Source of the DNA: the human T2T-CHM13v2.0 reference genome, Homo sapiens | NCBI RefSeq assembly: GCF_009914755.1 | Contig: NC_060925.1 | Direction: 5' to 3' (one strand) | DNA length: 64,000 nucleotides | Part shown: piece after piece, positions 13,276 through 26,443 of the stretch | Layout of the letters: each line of letters starts with the position of its first letter | Position numbering within the stretch: the first letter of the stretch is position 1 | Program-made: the position numbers and the translations under genes | The notes under the pieces: model-generated | Database searches by the model: none | What the model was told of the DNA's origin: nothing | What the model saw: the letters and a program-made list of their open reading frames with translations, nothing else

Positions 13276-14379
13276 TCTTTGAAAATTCATCAGAAGGCTA
13301 CAAGTTTTAGTATGGCATTTACTGCAGCTGCAATCATCACCCCCCCCAACTGATAATTAGTGAGTTAATAATTTCTTAATTCTCTAAACAAGATAAACAA
13401 CAACAGACCCTCACAGATGACATAGTAAAACTGACATTCCTCAAATAACTCAGAGGGTTCTACCTGCAGATGTGATGATTCTGCAAGAGACAAGTAGTTT
13501 CATCAAACCCTCTGTTAAACTTCAAAGTTTAGGGGATATTCTGGATATTCTGGTAAATGTAGTGTGAGATTGCTAAAATTAAACAAAGTCATTGAAAAGC
13601 GCACTTAGCGTCTGTTATAAACAGAAACAGCTTCTTTTCTCCCAAAGATACTATTTTTCCCCCCTTCTTATCTCTTTACTGCTGGGAACTGCTGAGCTTA
13701 ACAAAGTAAACTTGGCTTTACTTATCAGAGTAAGCTCAGGAAGCCCTAAGAGGAGGGGCAACACAAACACCAGAGAATGAGATGTTCAACAAGAAGCCTG
13801 GAAGACAGCTTTCCACCAACAACTCCCCGGCTGTGGCGTGATCATTAGGTGGGTTCAGATTTTAGAAACACAAATGTGTCATCTGAATTGTATGTGACTG
13901 CAAACCCCAGCCATTGCTTGGAAGTCTACGACAAGGCAGGCATTCTGGGGTTCGAAGAGGTTGCTGGGATCTTTGCACTGAACAGTGATAAGAAGAATGC
14001 ACGAAACAGAAAGTTACCCTCTTCTGAACTGCCCAAGGAAAATTCTGCACCCAAAATGAGATTAAGGGCCCAGTGCAGATAGGGCAGCCTTTCAATACCA
14101 TCCAACACAAAATAGCATTTTATTTCATTCAAACTAGGATGGTTTCAGAATTCTTGTGAAAATCCAATATAGGCTGAATTTTCCTTCATACTGTATGTAA
14201 GGAAAGATTAGCCAAGCAAATTAAAGATACAAGGAATACTACAGGGACGGAACTTCAATAAACCTTAAGACTTTCAACACACTGTCTGTAAGCAGATACT
14301 CCGGCTGCCCATCACACACAGAATGCATTGCACACGCCTTACTGGGGGCGACAAGGCTGAATGCAATCGGGTCTCAGCT

Positions 14380-14830
14380 TACCTGCCAGCCTCAAGTCCA
14401 GACACTCCTTCATTCACTAGGCTCCAGTCATGTTGCCTTTTTTTTTTCCTGTTCTTTGAACCACCCCAGCTCATTCCCACCTCCAGGCCTTTGCACTTGC
14501 TCTTCAGTCTGCCAAGAACATTCCACCCTCAAATCTTCACAGGATCAGCTCCTCCTCCTTGTTCAGCTCTCGGCTCAAAGGTTACCCCTTAAAGTTCAAC
14601 CCTCCTCTGACTGTTCAGTTGTTCTCTCTCATATCCTCAGTTTATTTTCTTCCTACCACCACCCTCTAGAATTCTGGATAGTCCTCTTTGTATACTTACG
14701 TAATAACGGAACACCTCCACTAGACATTGAGGTCTGTGAGTGCTGGGGCTCTGTCTCCTCGTCATCACTGTAGCTTCAGGGTCAGGAGCAGGGTTTGGAG
14801 ATTAGTAGACTCCAAAAACTATTTATTAAA
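14380..14830 (+). mobile_element. LINE-2 3' end
   Basis: cccacctccaggcctttgcacttgct, cctccactagacattgagg, terminal tatttattaaa. Confidence 0.7.
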
Positions 14831-14874
14831 GGAAAATTAATTACAAAATACTAATATACCTGTTAAATAAATTT

Positions 14875-15184
14875 ATTCTTCTTCTTTTCTTTTTTTGAAA
14901 CAGGGTCTCACTTTGTCACCCAGGCTTGAGTGCAGTGGAGCAATCTCAGCACACTGCAACCTCCAACCTCCACCTCCCAGGTTCAAGTGATTGTCTTGCC
15001 TCAGCCTCCTGAGTACCTGGGACTACAGGCACATGCCACTACGCCCTGCTAATTTTTGTATATTTAGTAAATACAGGGTTTCACCATATTGGCCAGCCTG
15101 GTCTCAAATTTCTGACCTCAGGCAATCTGGCCACCTTGGCCTCACAAAGTGCTGGGATTACAGGCATGAGCCACTGTGCTCAGC
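14875..15184 (-). mobile_element. Alu SINE (AluS)
   Basis: Full dimer; flanking ctgttaaa direct repeats (about 14860 and 15186). Confidence 0.93.
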
Positions 15185-18100
15185 GCTGTTAAAGAAGTTT
15201 CTGAAAGATCTCTACCTAGAAACAATTTGAGGATATGCACAGTATGTACTAGTGATTAACAAAACATACTTTCTTAAACTTGACATTTCAGACTTTTTCT
15301 TAGTTTGAACTAGCGAGCTCTCTACCTTTCCCTTATATATCCCCTCCATTCCATTTCATTTATCTAAAATGAAAGAGAAGAACTATCAAACTCTATATAA
15401 ATATAATAAACTAAAATCAATGTGCTGCTGATAGTTTTATTTCCTTAACATGACTGTGAAGCAGCAGAATATGCTCCTGAAAAAAATCTCAGTCTCCAGA
15501 CTAAGGTGGAGGGAGAGGCTAAGTGGTGACTTGTACTCTCCCAACCCACACAATCCTCCAGCATCTACCGGCTATTTGGGCCTTTGTCCATCAGACATAT
15601 GGCCAGGAAAGTACAGCCTCAATTGAACAGCAAAGCCCTCCCGTGCCTCACCCTAGGGATGCACTCTCCCTCCTACTTCCCTCCCTACCAGCCAAATTGC
15701 CTCATAGACTCCAAGACACATTAACATCCTGGAAACAAAAGATGGGCATTGTGAAAATACACTTATCATAATGAAAAGATTAATGTCACACACTAGTGAT
15801 TGACCTGAATGAAGATTATTTCCTAGGACATGGGACCCAACACCTAGAAGAGAGAAAGTAAAGAAAGAATCCAGGGAATTTTTGTAATATTACCTACATC
15901 CAAATGACTAGTATAGAACTTCGCTTTCTCTTTCTTAAAGAAGTAGTTCAACACATTGGTTCCCTTTTTATTTTTGTACATTTAGAGATAAAGATCATGT
16001 TTCTAAAACAAGAAATGAGATAAAGTGCTAAGCATGAATTCATGCATAGCATCCAGAGGTGCTGTTAATGTTTTTTGTATATATTGATAACTGTCTGCAC
16101 ATGTGTATATATTTGTGTATGTGAGTGTATATGGTGGGGATGTGTGTGGACATGTGCATTAATTTGGAACACTGAAAAAGTTGGGGTAGGACCCGTCACA
16201 CTGGGAGAATCTCCAAGAGCTGGAATATTCTGAGTAGGTAATACTCTACGTTGTAAACTGCTCATGCAGCAGGACTGAGGAAAAGGCATCGCCTGGCCAC
16301 CGGCTGTTACTGACTCTGGGAAAATGAAAATACAGCATCTCTGCACCTGTTCACCTGATGGTGAAGGAAGGAAAAGCCATTACCGAGTGACAGGAGACAA
16401 AAAACCAAAATCCACTTCAGCAACTCATCCCACTGCTGGTGATTAATCTCACACTCCCACAGCCTGATGCACATTAACCAGATAATTAATAATTTCTTTA
16501 GGGATTCCGGCTCGGCAACTGTTTTATCAACCTGCACAGCATTAGGAGGGAGATGCCGCACTTGTGATCAAACGTCTGGAACTGGGAAAAAGGACTGTAG
16601 ATGAACAGTGAGGGCTTAGCAGCAATTTGTGAGCCTACTTCAAAATGAACAAGTATGGTTAAGTAATCCTGTGTAATTTTTTATCACTACTATTGGCCTC
16701 GCTGAAGAGCCAAGGAATAGCGCCTTCCCTTGTACCCCTGTAACTACCACCACCAGTAGATAGCTCACAGACTTGAAATCACATGTGGTTTACTATGTGT
16801 GCAAAATAGAATATACCAGGCATATCTAAATTCTAGATGCATCTTTTTAAAGAGTGCATAATCTAAGACACCTCCCCCATCAAATCAAAAGTTTCAAAGA
16901 GTGTTTGATCAGAACAATGCCGGTTGACGTATTTCTTGTTCTTGCTGGCTCTAATTCACATCTATCTAAAGGAAGCCAGGCACAAAGAATCGAGATCACC
17001 CTTTCTGAGTCCCCTGTGCAAATGTACCCTTCTTCTCTTATGTTAAAACATATTCCACAGGGAGAAGCCAAAACCTTTTTATGTCTATTTTTATTAAGAT
17101 TGTAAGACTATGAATAAAATCTTAAGAAGAATAATAAATTATAAGCACTGCTTATTAAAAGGCTCACCATTAAAATTCCAACTTATTCATGTTCTTTCCT
17201 AATGAGAAAAACAGTACATTGAAAATATTATTACAAATTTCTCTCAACTCTATCCAGAATGCTATTTGGATGGAAAAGAAACAAGAGTATAATCCATCCT
17301 TGTCGGAAGTCACAGTGGACTTGCTGGCAGAAACCCTGGGATGAGGTCTGCCCACTGTGTCTTGGTATTATATCCTCCAGCTTTCCTGAGGGAAGCTATC
17401 ATAGGCAGGCAAACAGCACTCTGCATGGACTTTGCCATGGGAGTGTTAATCAGGATGGTTGGCAATTACAGAGCATGTCCACCTTATGTGTACCCAAAGG
17501 AGAAATTGCCCTCAGACGTCAGGGCTAGGATAGTCTGGGATTCTCCTAAGAGTGGATCACGCAGACAAGGCAAAAATTTAGGGCTGAGAATTTTGGTGCT
17601 GGGAAGCAGTTTAGAGCCAAATCAATTGTCTATTTCCAGCAAATTTGCAGGACCATAATATAGGTATTGTCACACACACACCAATTTCAGCTTGCTAGGA
17701 CAGTCTGCTTTTTTAACCCTGATTTTCAGAGGTTTTAGATTATACCATATGTCTTTGTGAGAGTCCCCTCAAATCATCTTGGAGTAAAGTAAGATAATGA
17801 ATTGGACAAAAAGAGAGAGAACAAAGAAAGACAAACTAAAATATTGGGCAAAACACAAGATCACATAACAGAATAGTGAGACCTGGAAGGACTTGGAATT
17901 TACCTAATGTTGTTGGGCACTCCCTAGGTACAAGGCAATGTGCCGTAGGGTACACACTCCTAGAAAAAAAAAAAAACATAGAGCATCCTCTACACCATAG
18001 ATTTCGCTCTTAAATTTGGGTTTAGGGAACAATTTTTTTTCAATATTAAAACATATTTTATGGAGTAGAATGCAAATTTCACATGCATACAACAGATAAA

Positions 18101-18611
18101 GAGGGGATTAAAAATTTTTTTTTGTTTGCTACTGGTCATTTCAGGCCAGATCCTCACAAAGCACACATATATTTCCTCGACCTCTACTTTTCGAGTACAT
18201 GGGTAGAAATTCTGAGAAACATTTGACTAGATCACATTTACAGAAAAGGAAAATGAGACCCAATGGTGTGACTTTGTTGAGCCTTAGACTCTAAACTGAC
18301 GGTAATAATATTTCACTGGGTGCCTTCAAATGTATATGTGAAGAATATCATCATCTATGAGGCAGTGATAACTATAAAATCTCAATCAAAAGCACATGCA
18401 ATTTAGATTCACAAAATTTCAGTTTTCACCAAGACCTCTACAGCCCTCCCCTGTCTATGAAAGTAAGAGCACAGGGAGTGGCCTGGTGGTTATGAGTTAC
18501 CAAATCACAATACCATGGATAGTAACCAGTTCCCATCAGGTAACACTAGGCCAGAAAGAACTGACATCATAAGGTACACTAAACACTCCTTGAGGATAAA
18601 AGCCTTATCTA

Positions 18612-18816
18612 ATTTATTTATTTATTTGTTTGTTTATCTATTTATTTTTTAGATAAAGTGTCACTCTCACCCAGGCTGGAGTACAGTTGTATTTTTAGTT
18701 GAGACAGGGTTTTTCCATGTTGGCCAGGCTGGTCTCAAACTCCTGGCCTCAAGTGATCTACCCACCTCAGCCTCCCAAATTGCTGGGAATACAGGTGTGA
18801 GCCACCGTGCCCGGCC
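18612..18816 (-). mobile_element. Alu SINE with large internal deletion
   Basis: (TTTA)n tail; right arm stops at ggagtacagt and joins directly to the linker tgtattttt; TSD ccttatctaattt / ccttacctaattt. Confidence 0.9.
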
Positions 18817-18829
18817 TCCTTACCTAATT

Positions 18830-18925
18830 TATCTGTGACTTCCTAGACCAAGCACAAAGCTTATACTAGGCACCCAATATATTAGGCACGTAGTAAATGT
18901 TATCAGAACCACTATTTGTTGAATA
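18830..18925 (+). mobile_element. LINE-2 terminal fragment
   Basis: cctagaccaagcacaaagc...taggcac...tatttgttgaat. Confidence 0.5.
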
Positions 18926-19074
18926 GAGATCTGAGGGACAGATTCAATTAAACCTAAAAGCACTAAATTGTTATGGGCTCTTTTCAGAAATGAAACTAGC
19001 ACCATTAATAACAACAAGCAAAACCCACAAATGAACAAAAACAAAAGAACCCAGAAACATGAATGTGATTCAGA

Positions 19075-19315
19075 ACAAAGAACATTGGATGTAGAGTCAT
19101 AAAACCTGGCTTAACTCCCTGATTTTTAAAACATTTTAGCTATATAAACTTAAAGGGGATAATTTCAATCAGATACATCCTATTTCCTCATTAAGATAAA
19201 TAGAATAATAATACTAACCTTACAGTGTTGTAAGGAATGAGTTTATATGAATATAAGAAAAAAATTGTCAAGTAATAAAATACTAAAAACCATTAGTTAC
19301 TATCCATTATATTAT
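19075..19315 (+). mobile_element. MIR SINE
   Basis: agaacattggatgtagagtcataaaacctgg...tttcctcat...aataatactaaccttacagtgttgtaagga. Confidence 0.6.
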
Positions 19316-19343
19316 TGCATGAAAATGAAAAAGTTTGGCTGAA

Positions 19344-19398
19344 ACACACACACACACACAAACAGGCACACATACACACACACACACACACGCATACA
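19344..19398. repeat. Interrupted (CA)n microsatellite
   Basis: Direct inspection. Confidence 0.85.
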
Positions 19399-20271
19399 TT
19401 GTGGGTTTTTCTCTCTCTCACATGGCTTGATTCCAAAGCAAACTAAACCAAGATCCTTACAAACTAGAAACAGTATTTTTAAATAACTGCACATCATCTC
19501 AGCCACTAATTATTTTTAGGATTTTACTATACGCCGCTAATTGAAAGTGTTCAGTCCTTTCCATTCATTAGTTTTATTACAAGCACTCCAATGAATTAAA
19601 GAAAAATCTGCCATCACCACCTTCCTTGAAACTTTCACTATATTTTCATAAAAGCCTTGACCTTACAAAAGCAATTCACATTAATTCAGCACAAGTCACA
19701 GGACTGGACAGAGGATAAAAATTTGGCATTTCTAATAAATAGGACACTATTGAATAAGTTTGACAGAAGGCTATTATACTCTTGATGTCAGGAAATGGGG
19801 CCGACAATGCTTTCTTTGTTACGATGAGGGGCATGGCATTATACATCACTGACTATATGGAGACTCTATTGGTGGGGCCAACCAAATGTGTGAAGTGAAG
19901 CACTCCTTAATAGGATTTTTACTATATTAAAAACTTGCCTGTGTACATTGATAAGAATTGGACTCTGAAAAGATGAATTGCAAAGATCACTACTAAGAAA
20001 GCTTTGAGACTATAGGCATGTCTACATTAGAAAGCAAATATTCAAGCACAGGTAACTCTACACTTCAACATAAACGTTAGGTCCATACATCTGTTACTTT
20101 AGTTTATTAGTAGTAATCATTTATTGAATAATTTTTCAGTACAGTGCACTTTACACATGTTTATTCTACATTTATTTATTTAATATACATCATCTTATCT
20201 TGTAGGCCTTTTAATTGTTATTTAACAGTTGCAAAGAAAAGGAAAAAAGCTTGGCAAAAGTACATTACAGT

Positions 20272-20910
20272 TGAAAACTTATTTTCATACAAAAACTTGC
20301 TCACAGATGTTTATTGCAGTTTTATTTTTAATTGCCAAAACTTGAAAGCAACCAAGATGTCCTTCAGTAAGTGAAAGGATAAATAAACTATGGTACATCG
20401 AGACGCTGGACTGTTATTCAGTGCTAAAAAGACGAACTATCAAGCCATGAAAAGACATGGAGGAACCTTAAATGTGGAACCTTAAATGGCACACATCATA
20501 TGATTCCAATAATATGAAAAGGCAAAATTGTGGGGACAATTAAAAGATCATTGACTGCCAGAGGTTGGGCAAGGAGGAGGGAAGAATAGGTGCAACACAA
20601 AGGATATTTAGGGCAGTGAAACTACTCTGTATAATGTTATAATGGTAGCTACATGTCATTGTACATTTTTCCAAACTCCTAGAATGCACGACACCCAGAG
20701 AGAATGCTATTGTAAACTTTGGATTTGGGTGATAATGATGTGTCAGTGCAGGTTCATCAATCGTAACAAATGTACCACTCTGGTAGGGGAAGCTGATAAT
20801 GGAGCAGGCTGTGCTAGTGTCAGGGAGGGGTATATGGAAACTCTCTGTACTTTCCTCTCAATTTTGCTGTCAACCTAAAACTGCTCTAAACCTAAAGTCT
20901 ATTAAAAAAA
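20272..20910 (+). mobile_element. LINE-1 3' end (L1MC1-like)
   Basis: aagcaaccaagatgtccttcag, gtaacaaatgtaccactctgg, caattttgctgtcaacctaaaactgctctaaa plus A tail match the L1MC 3'UTR. Confidence 0.85.
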
Positions 20911-20919
20911 GAAAAGACA

Positions 20920-21240
20920 GGCTGGGTGTGGCGGCATATGCCTGTAATCCTAGCACTTTGGGAGGCCGAGGCAGGTGGATCACGTGCGCTCAGGAGTTTG
21001 AGATCAGCCTGGGCAACATGGTGAAACCCTGACTCTATTAAAAACACACAGAAAAAACTAGCTGGGTGTGGTGATGTGCACCTGTAGTCCCAGCTACTCA
21101 GGAGGCTGAGGTGGGAGGATTGCTGGAGGCTGAGGTGGGAGGATTGCTGGAGCCTGGCAGGTCAAGGCTGCAGTGAGCTAAGATTGTCCCACAGCACTCA
21201 AGCCTGGGAGACAGAGCAAGACCCACCCTGTAAAAAAAGA
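20920..21240 (+). mobile_element. Alu SINE (AluJ) inserted in the L1 A-tail
   Basis: AluJ features (cccagctactcaggaggctgaggtgggaggattgc, gtcaaggctgcagtgagc); 24-bp internal tandem duplication. Confidence 0.93.
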
Positions 21241-21450
21241 AGAAAAGAAAAGAAAAGAAAAGAAAAGAAGAGAAGAGAAGAGGAGAGGAGAGGAGAGGAG
21301 AGGAGAGGAGAGGAGAGGAGAGGAGAGGGGAGGAGAGGGGAGGAGAGGAAAGGAGGGAAGGAGGGAAGGACGGAAGGAAGGAAGGAAGGAAAGAAGGAAG
21401 GAAGCAAGGGAGGGAGGGAGGGAAGGAAAGGAAAGGTAAAGAAAAAAGGA
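21232..21450 (+). repeat. Compound polypurine repeat (AAAAG/AAGAG/AGGAG/GGAA) derived from the Alu tail
   Basis: 219 nt with only 3 pyrimidines (21371, 21405, 21437). Confidence 0.95.
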
Positions 21451-21827
21451 CATTAATTTCCCTAAAGTCTTACAGTCATTCAAGATGGCAGTAGTAGGAT
21501 TCAAATGTAGGCCTGTGTAATGTCAAAGCCTATTTTCCTTGTGCTTATTTATATTTTTTAAATATTTGGGGGATACACATATCTTCACTCAAGTCAGTCT
21601 CTTTTACATCTGTCCCTCCCCAAACACATTTGTGATTTTATTCATACTAGTAAATAATATGTAATTACATCCTATTAAATAAGCACCTACTACATGTTCA
21701 ATTAGATACTACTGATACAATAATACTTTACAAATCATGAGGTATGTCCATCTGACACTGTGTGTGTGCATATATAGGTATATATTTTATTGAATACATT
21801 ATACACACAATTACATATATATACACA

Positions 21828-22489
<662 letters not shown>

Positions 22490-22599
22490 AATATGCATCC
22501 TTTATATTTATATTTTTCCAATGATATCAAAGGAAAGTGTAGAAAACATTATGTTTAATATTTAGGGTTTAAAATAATGTATCATTATTGCTTCACATA

Positions 22600-22855
22600 A
22601 TCAGTGGATTGTGGCTTCGAAGATAGGAGACGTGGGTCCAAGCGTGAGCGCTGCACTTTTTCCAAGCTTACTCACTCTACGGCCCTTGCCGATTCCTCAA
22701 GCGTGCTGCATCTGTTTCCTAGTTCTAAGATGGGAATAAGAATAGCTTCCCTGTCTACCTCAGAAGGTGGTTATGAATATCAAATGATGTAGTGCGTGTG
22801 ATAAGCACTTTACAATGTATAAAACTCTATATGCTGTAAGTCATTGTTATTAATG
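22600..22855 (+). mobile_element. MIR SINE
   Basis: ctgtttcctagttctaagatgggaataagaatag...tacctcagaaggtggttatgaatatcaaatga. Confidence 0.7.
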
Positions 22856-24632
22856 ATAATTATAAACCTTGAGGAAGCCTGAGAAATTAGCTATCATTAT
22901 AATTACAGCAGTAGTTGCAAGGTTTTTACCCTTTTCTGACTTTGAGAGGTCCACAGTTATATCTAGGGGAATTAGGATGAGGAGAAAATTTTTAAAAATC
23001 AATGCGTTTTATTTCTATACTAATAAACAGCAAACTACAATATTATTTTTGCAAACAGAAATGACAACATGGAAAGTACCGGAAAAGTTCATTCCAGTAG
23101 GTCCTGGTCAAGAAAAACCTATTTCAAGTTCTTAAAAATCATATTAGCTCCCCCTCCCCCCATCCTTTTTTTTTAACTTTACACTGTCTTCCTGTACTGC
23201 TATTTCCATGAGCTCTGCTATCAGCTGAAGATAAAGCGAATCCTTTGGCAGGAAAAGCTTGAGTTCTAATCTCAGCTCTGACACGGGGGATTAATAAACA
23301 AATATTTGTAATGTTTCCTGAAGAGGAAAATTCTGGTTTTTTATTAGTATTAGCAGCATATTCATATGTGTACTTGACTCTAGTGTAGTATCGCATATTT
23401 AACATTGATTGTTATATGAGCCTCATCACACAAATGAAATACAATGTTACTTATAAAAATGCTCACTCTTTTTCCCATTGTAAGTTAAACACATTGCTAA
23501 GAGGCCATTTTTCAAACCATCAGTGGCCCTGCAACTCTCTAAAAATTTTCAGCATTTCTCAGAAGGAACGCTCACATAAAACATCTCAGTATGAAAAAAA
23601 AGACTTTGACCATGTAAACATGTCCAATTGTCTGCTGACATTACCAAAAGAAACTGAATTGTACAATTTTCAAAAGTGCTCACTTAATAGTGCCAGTGGT
23701 TTGATCTTGCACATGTTACCCCTTGATACCTCCTCTGCCAAGCCAGTAGCGTACCTGATGCCAGTGTTCCTGATGCTCAACATAATAATCTGGCAGTGCT
23801 GACCATTTGCATGAGGTCACCATCTCTCCCATCCTAATGCAGTCTATGAAGCACTGGCCACCATAACCACTGTCTGGGCGGAGGACAGAGGGATTCAAAA
23901 GACAGACAGGCAACAGGAAACATACCCTTTACCTCTTTCCTTACTCCATCCAGAAGTCTCAGGCTCTGAAAAAATGTTCACAGCACAGGAGGGATTTGTT
24001 TTTAAGTACTAGTTTCCCAGACCTTTATTCAAAGATCTAAATATAAGTTGAAGAACCTGGAGGGAGAATAGTACTGCTAGTCACCAGTGTGTGCCAAAGT
24101 ATGTACACGATTTCCAAATTTCTCCCTCAACTCTCCATCAGTAAACATGGGAGGGTCCCCAGAATCTCTTCCATCTGCTGGATTTCCCTTGGTGTGACTG
24201 CCAGAGATTGCCACACCACCTCATGAATTGCAGCACACATTCTGTGGTTACTAGTTACCCAGGAAGCTTCTGGCTCACCACTGTGTGGGGCAACTTGAAG
24301 AAGACAAAGAAGATACATAAAGCAGCAAGGTCACCACTGCTCTGCATCTGAAAGGATGCCCAAGAGCCAGGTGGTCCCTCACCCTCGCATCTGTTGGTTG
24401 GCATGAAGAGTCCAAATATGCCACCACAACCTAGGAAAAAACAACCTATGAGAAAAACCACCACGCATTCCTCTCTCCTTAAGGAGGCTGCAGATGGGGT
24501 GGAGAGGAAGAAGGGAGAAGGTGCTCTTTCAACACTTTGAACATTCAAAGTTCAACACTTTGAACACAACATTTTGCATTCATACAAAATCAAATCAATC
24601 TACCATCCAACCCAAAACAGCCAAGATAGCTA

Positions 24633-24660
24633 AAACAAACAAACAAACAAACAAACAAAC
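24633..24660. repeat. (AAAC)7 microsatellite
   Basis: Direct inspection. Confidence 0.9.
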
Positions 24661-25889
24661 CCTGGAAATGAGTACTTGATTACAAAGAGAAATCTGAACC
24701 GCTGTTACAGTAGCAGATGCACAGGATGCAAGGCTGCATCTACTGAAGACAGTCTCCCGAGGAAGACTGGAAAAAGAGCAGTGTTAACTGACATCCAGGT
24801 AATGCTGAGAAAAGAACCCAGGAATGTCTATTTCGGCAAATCAGGAGCTTGCTGTGTGCACCAGAAGTGCTGATGGTATCACAGCGTCCTTCTTCACACA
24901 CTGTACTACCTTGGGCTTCCAAAGGAAACAGCCAGTGATAGTACCCTCGTTGGCATGCAGTGTGACAGTTCACATCCAAACTCTAGGAGATCTTGTGAAC
25001 TATTCGCCACGGGAGGGAGGAAGATGGCTATCTTCCTTTATATCGTACTTTTAAGAACTTTTAGTCATTTGTGATTCTTTCTCTACCACTGTGTGTGTGT
25101 GTGTACATGTGCCCACCCACTCTCCTCTCCCTTTCAGCCCCAATTCAAGCATTAACCTTTGATGTAACATTTTTGCTCCTCATCAGAATGGAAAGAATGA
25201 GCTTCAGAGAAGCAATTGAGTTGAGAGAATAAAAAAGATGACATCACTTCAAACGTGGACTTGCCAGAAAATTATCATTTCAAGTGCTCCCCTGTGTTAT
25301 CAGCCAGGGACCCTCAGCTCTCCCTGACCGCTGCATGCTGCCCCTGTTTCAAATCTTTTGATCACCATTTGTTTCATGTCACCGTTCATCATGCCCCGCA
25401 TGTGTGTATGTGTGTGTTGAATTGTGTACTTTTCAAAGTTCCTGTCAGTGCTAACTTTACAAACTCCCAAGTGAAAGACAGGAATTCATTAGCATCCGTT
25501 ATTAGTTTGATAATTCTAAATAAAGTCAATACAAACATTTACATGGCATTTGCCCAGGAAGAGGATGAGGAATGAGAATTTGGGGACACATGCTCATGTT
25601 CTTTCTGATACATGCACCGCCAGGCACGCGCAGCAAGAAGGCCCTGGGGATGGGTCCTATACCACTGCTGTGTTCCTCTTTTCCTCTAAAGTACAAAGTA
25701 AAGAGTCTTCTAACATTTTCTTTTTCAGAATTCATTCATGTCAGATGTAGACCATTTTGAGAAGTGCTCAAATACCACGGGATCCCATTCCTCCACTCCT
25801 CACCCTCCTCTCATGAGCAAACACAGTGAGAAAAAATATACATACATTACAGCCAGGGTGATCTGGGTTCAAATTCCACTCAGCTTTGG

Positions 25890-25891
<2 letters not shown>

Positions 25892-25941
<50 letters not shown>
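25892..25941. repeat. T50 homopolymer
   Basis: 50 consecutive T counted. Confidence 0.95.
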
Positions 25942-25944
<3 letters not shown>

Positions 25945-26443
25945 ATGTAACTGACCACCCAAAACTCAGTGGTTATAAACAACTACCATTGTATTTGCTC
26001 AGGAGTCCATAATCTGGGCGGGGCTCAGTGGCACCGTTCCGTTCATCTTACTGGTGGTTGCTCATGTGGCTGCATTCAGCTGGCTAGTTGGCTGGGATCT
26101 GGGCTCAATTGAACCTCTCTCTCTCCTCCCCTAGAATCTCAGGGTCTCTCCCTCTTCCTGTGTCTCTCTACACAGTCTCAGCATACAGTCTCTCCAGCAG
26201 CATAAATAGACTTTCTTTTTTTTTTTTTTTTTACCAGGTGACAGGGCTTTCAAGATTACAGAAGTGAAATCTGCCAGGTCTACTTAATGCTTAGGTCTGG
26301 AACTGGAACGAGATCATTTCTGACACAGTCTAGTGGTTAAAGTGAATCCCAGGGCCAGCCTTGATTCAAGGAGTAGTGACTATACGAGTGTGAGTATAAA
26401 AGACATGGTTCACTGTGAGCAACCAATGTAGCCAATTACCACT
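25941..26443 (-). mobile_element. MLT1 (MLT1H-like) ERVL-MaLR solo LTR, apparently inserted in a MIR
   Basis: tgctatgtaactgaccacccaaaactcagtgg, ggctgcattcagctgg, ggtctggaactgg and ggccagccttgattcaagg; MIR pieces at about 25855-25885 and 26450-26610. Confidence 0.75.

Noticed and set aside
14376-14384. Strong minus donor CAG|GTAAGC
   Set aside because: At the edge of an L2 relic with no matching acceptor found
21178-21504. Low-complexity charged or Ser/Pro/Leu-rich ORFs
   Set aside because: Translation of the purine microsatellite
25705-25730. Strong plus-strand acceptor with CTAAC branch point (similar ones near 28655, 40849, 54681, 57019)
   Set aside because: No convincing paired donor or coding frame; chance-level in 64 kb
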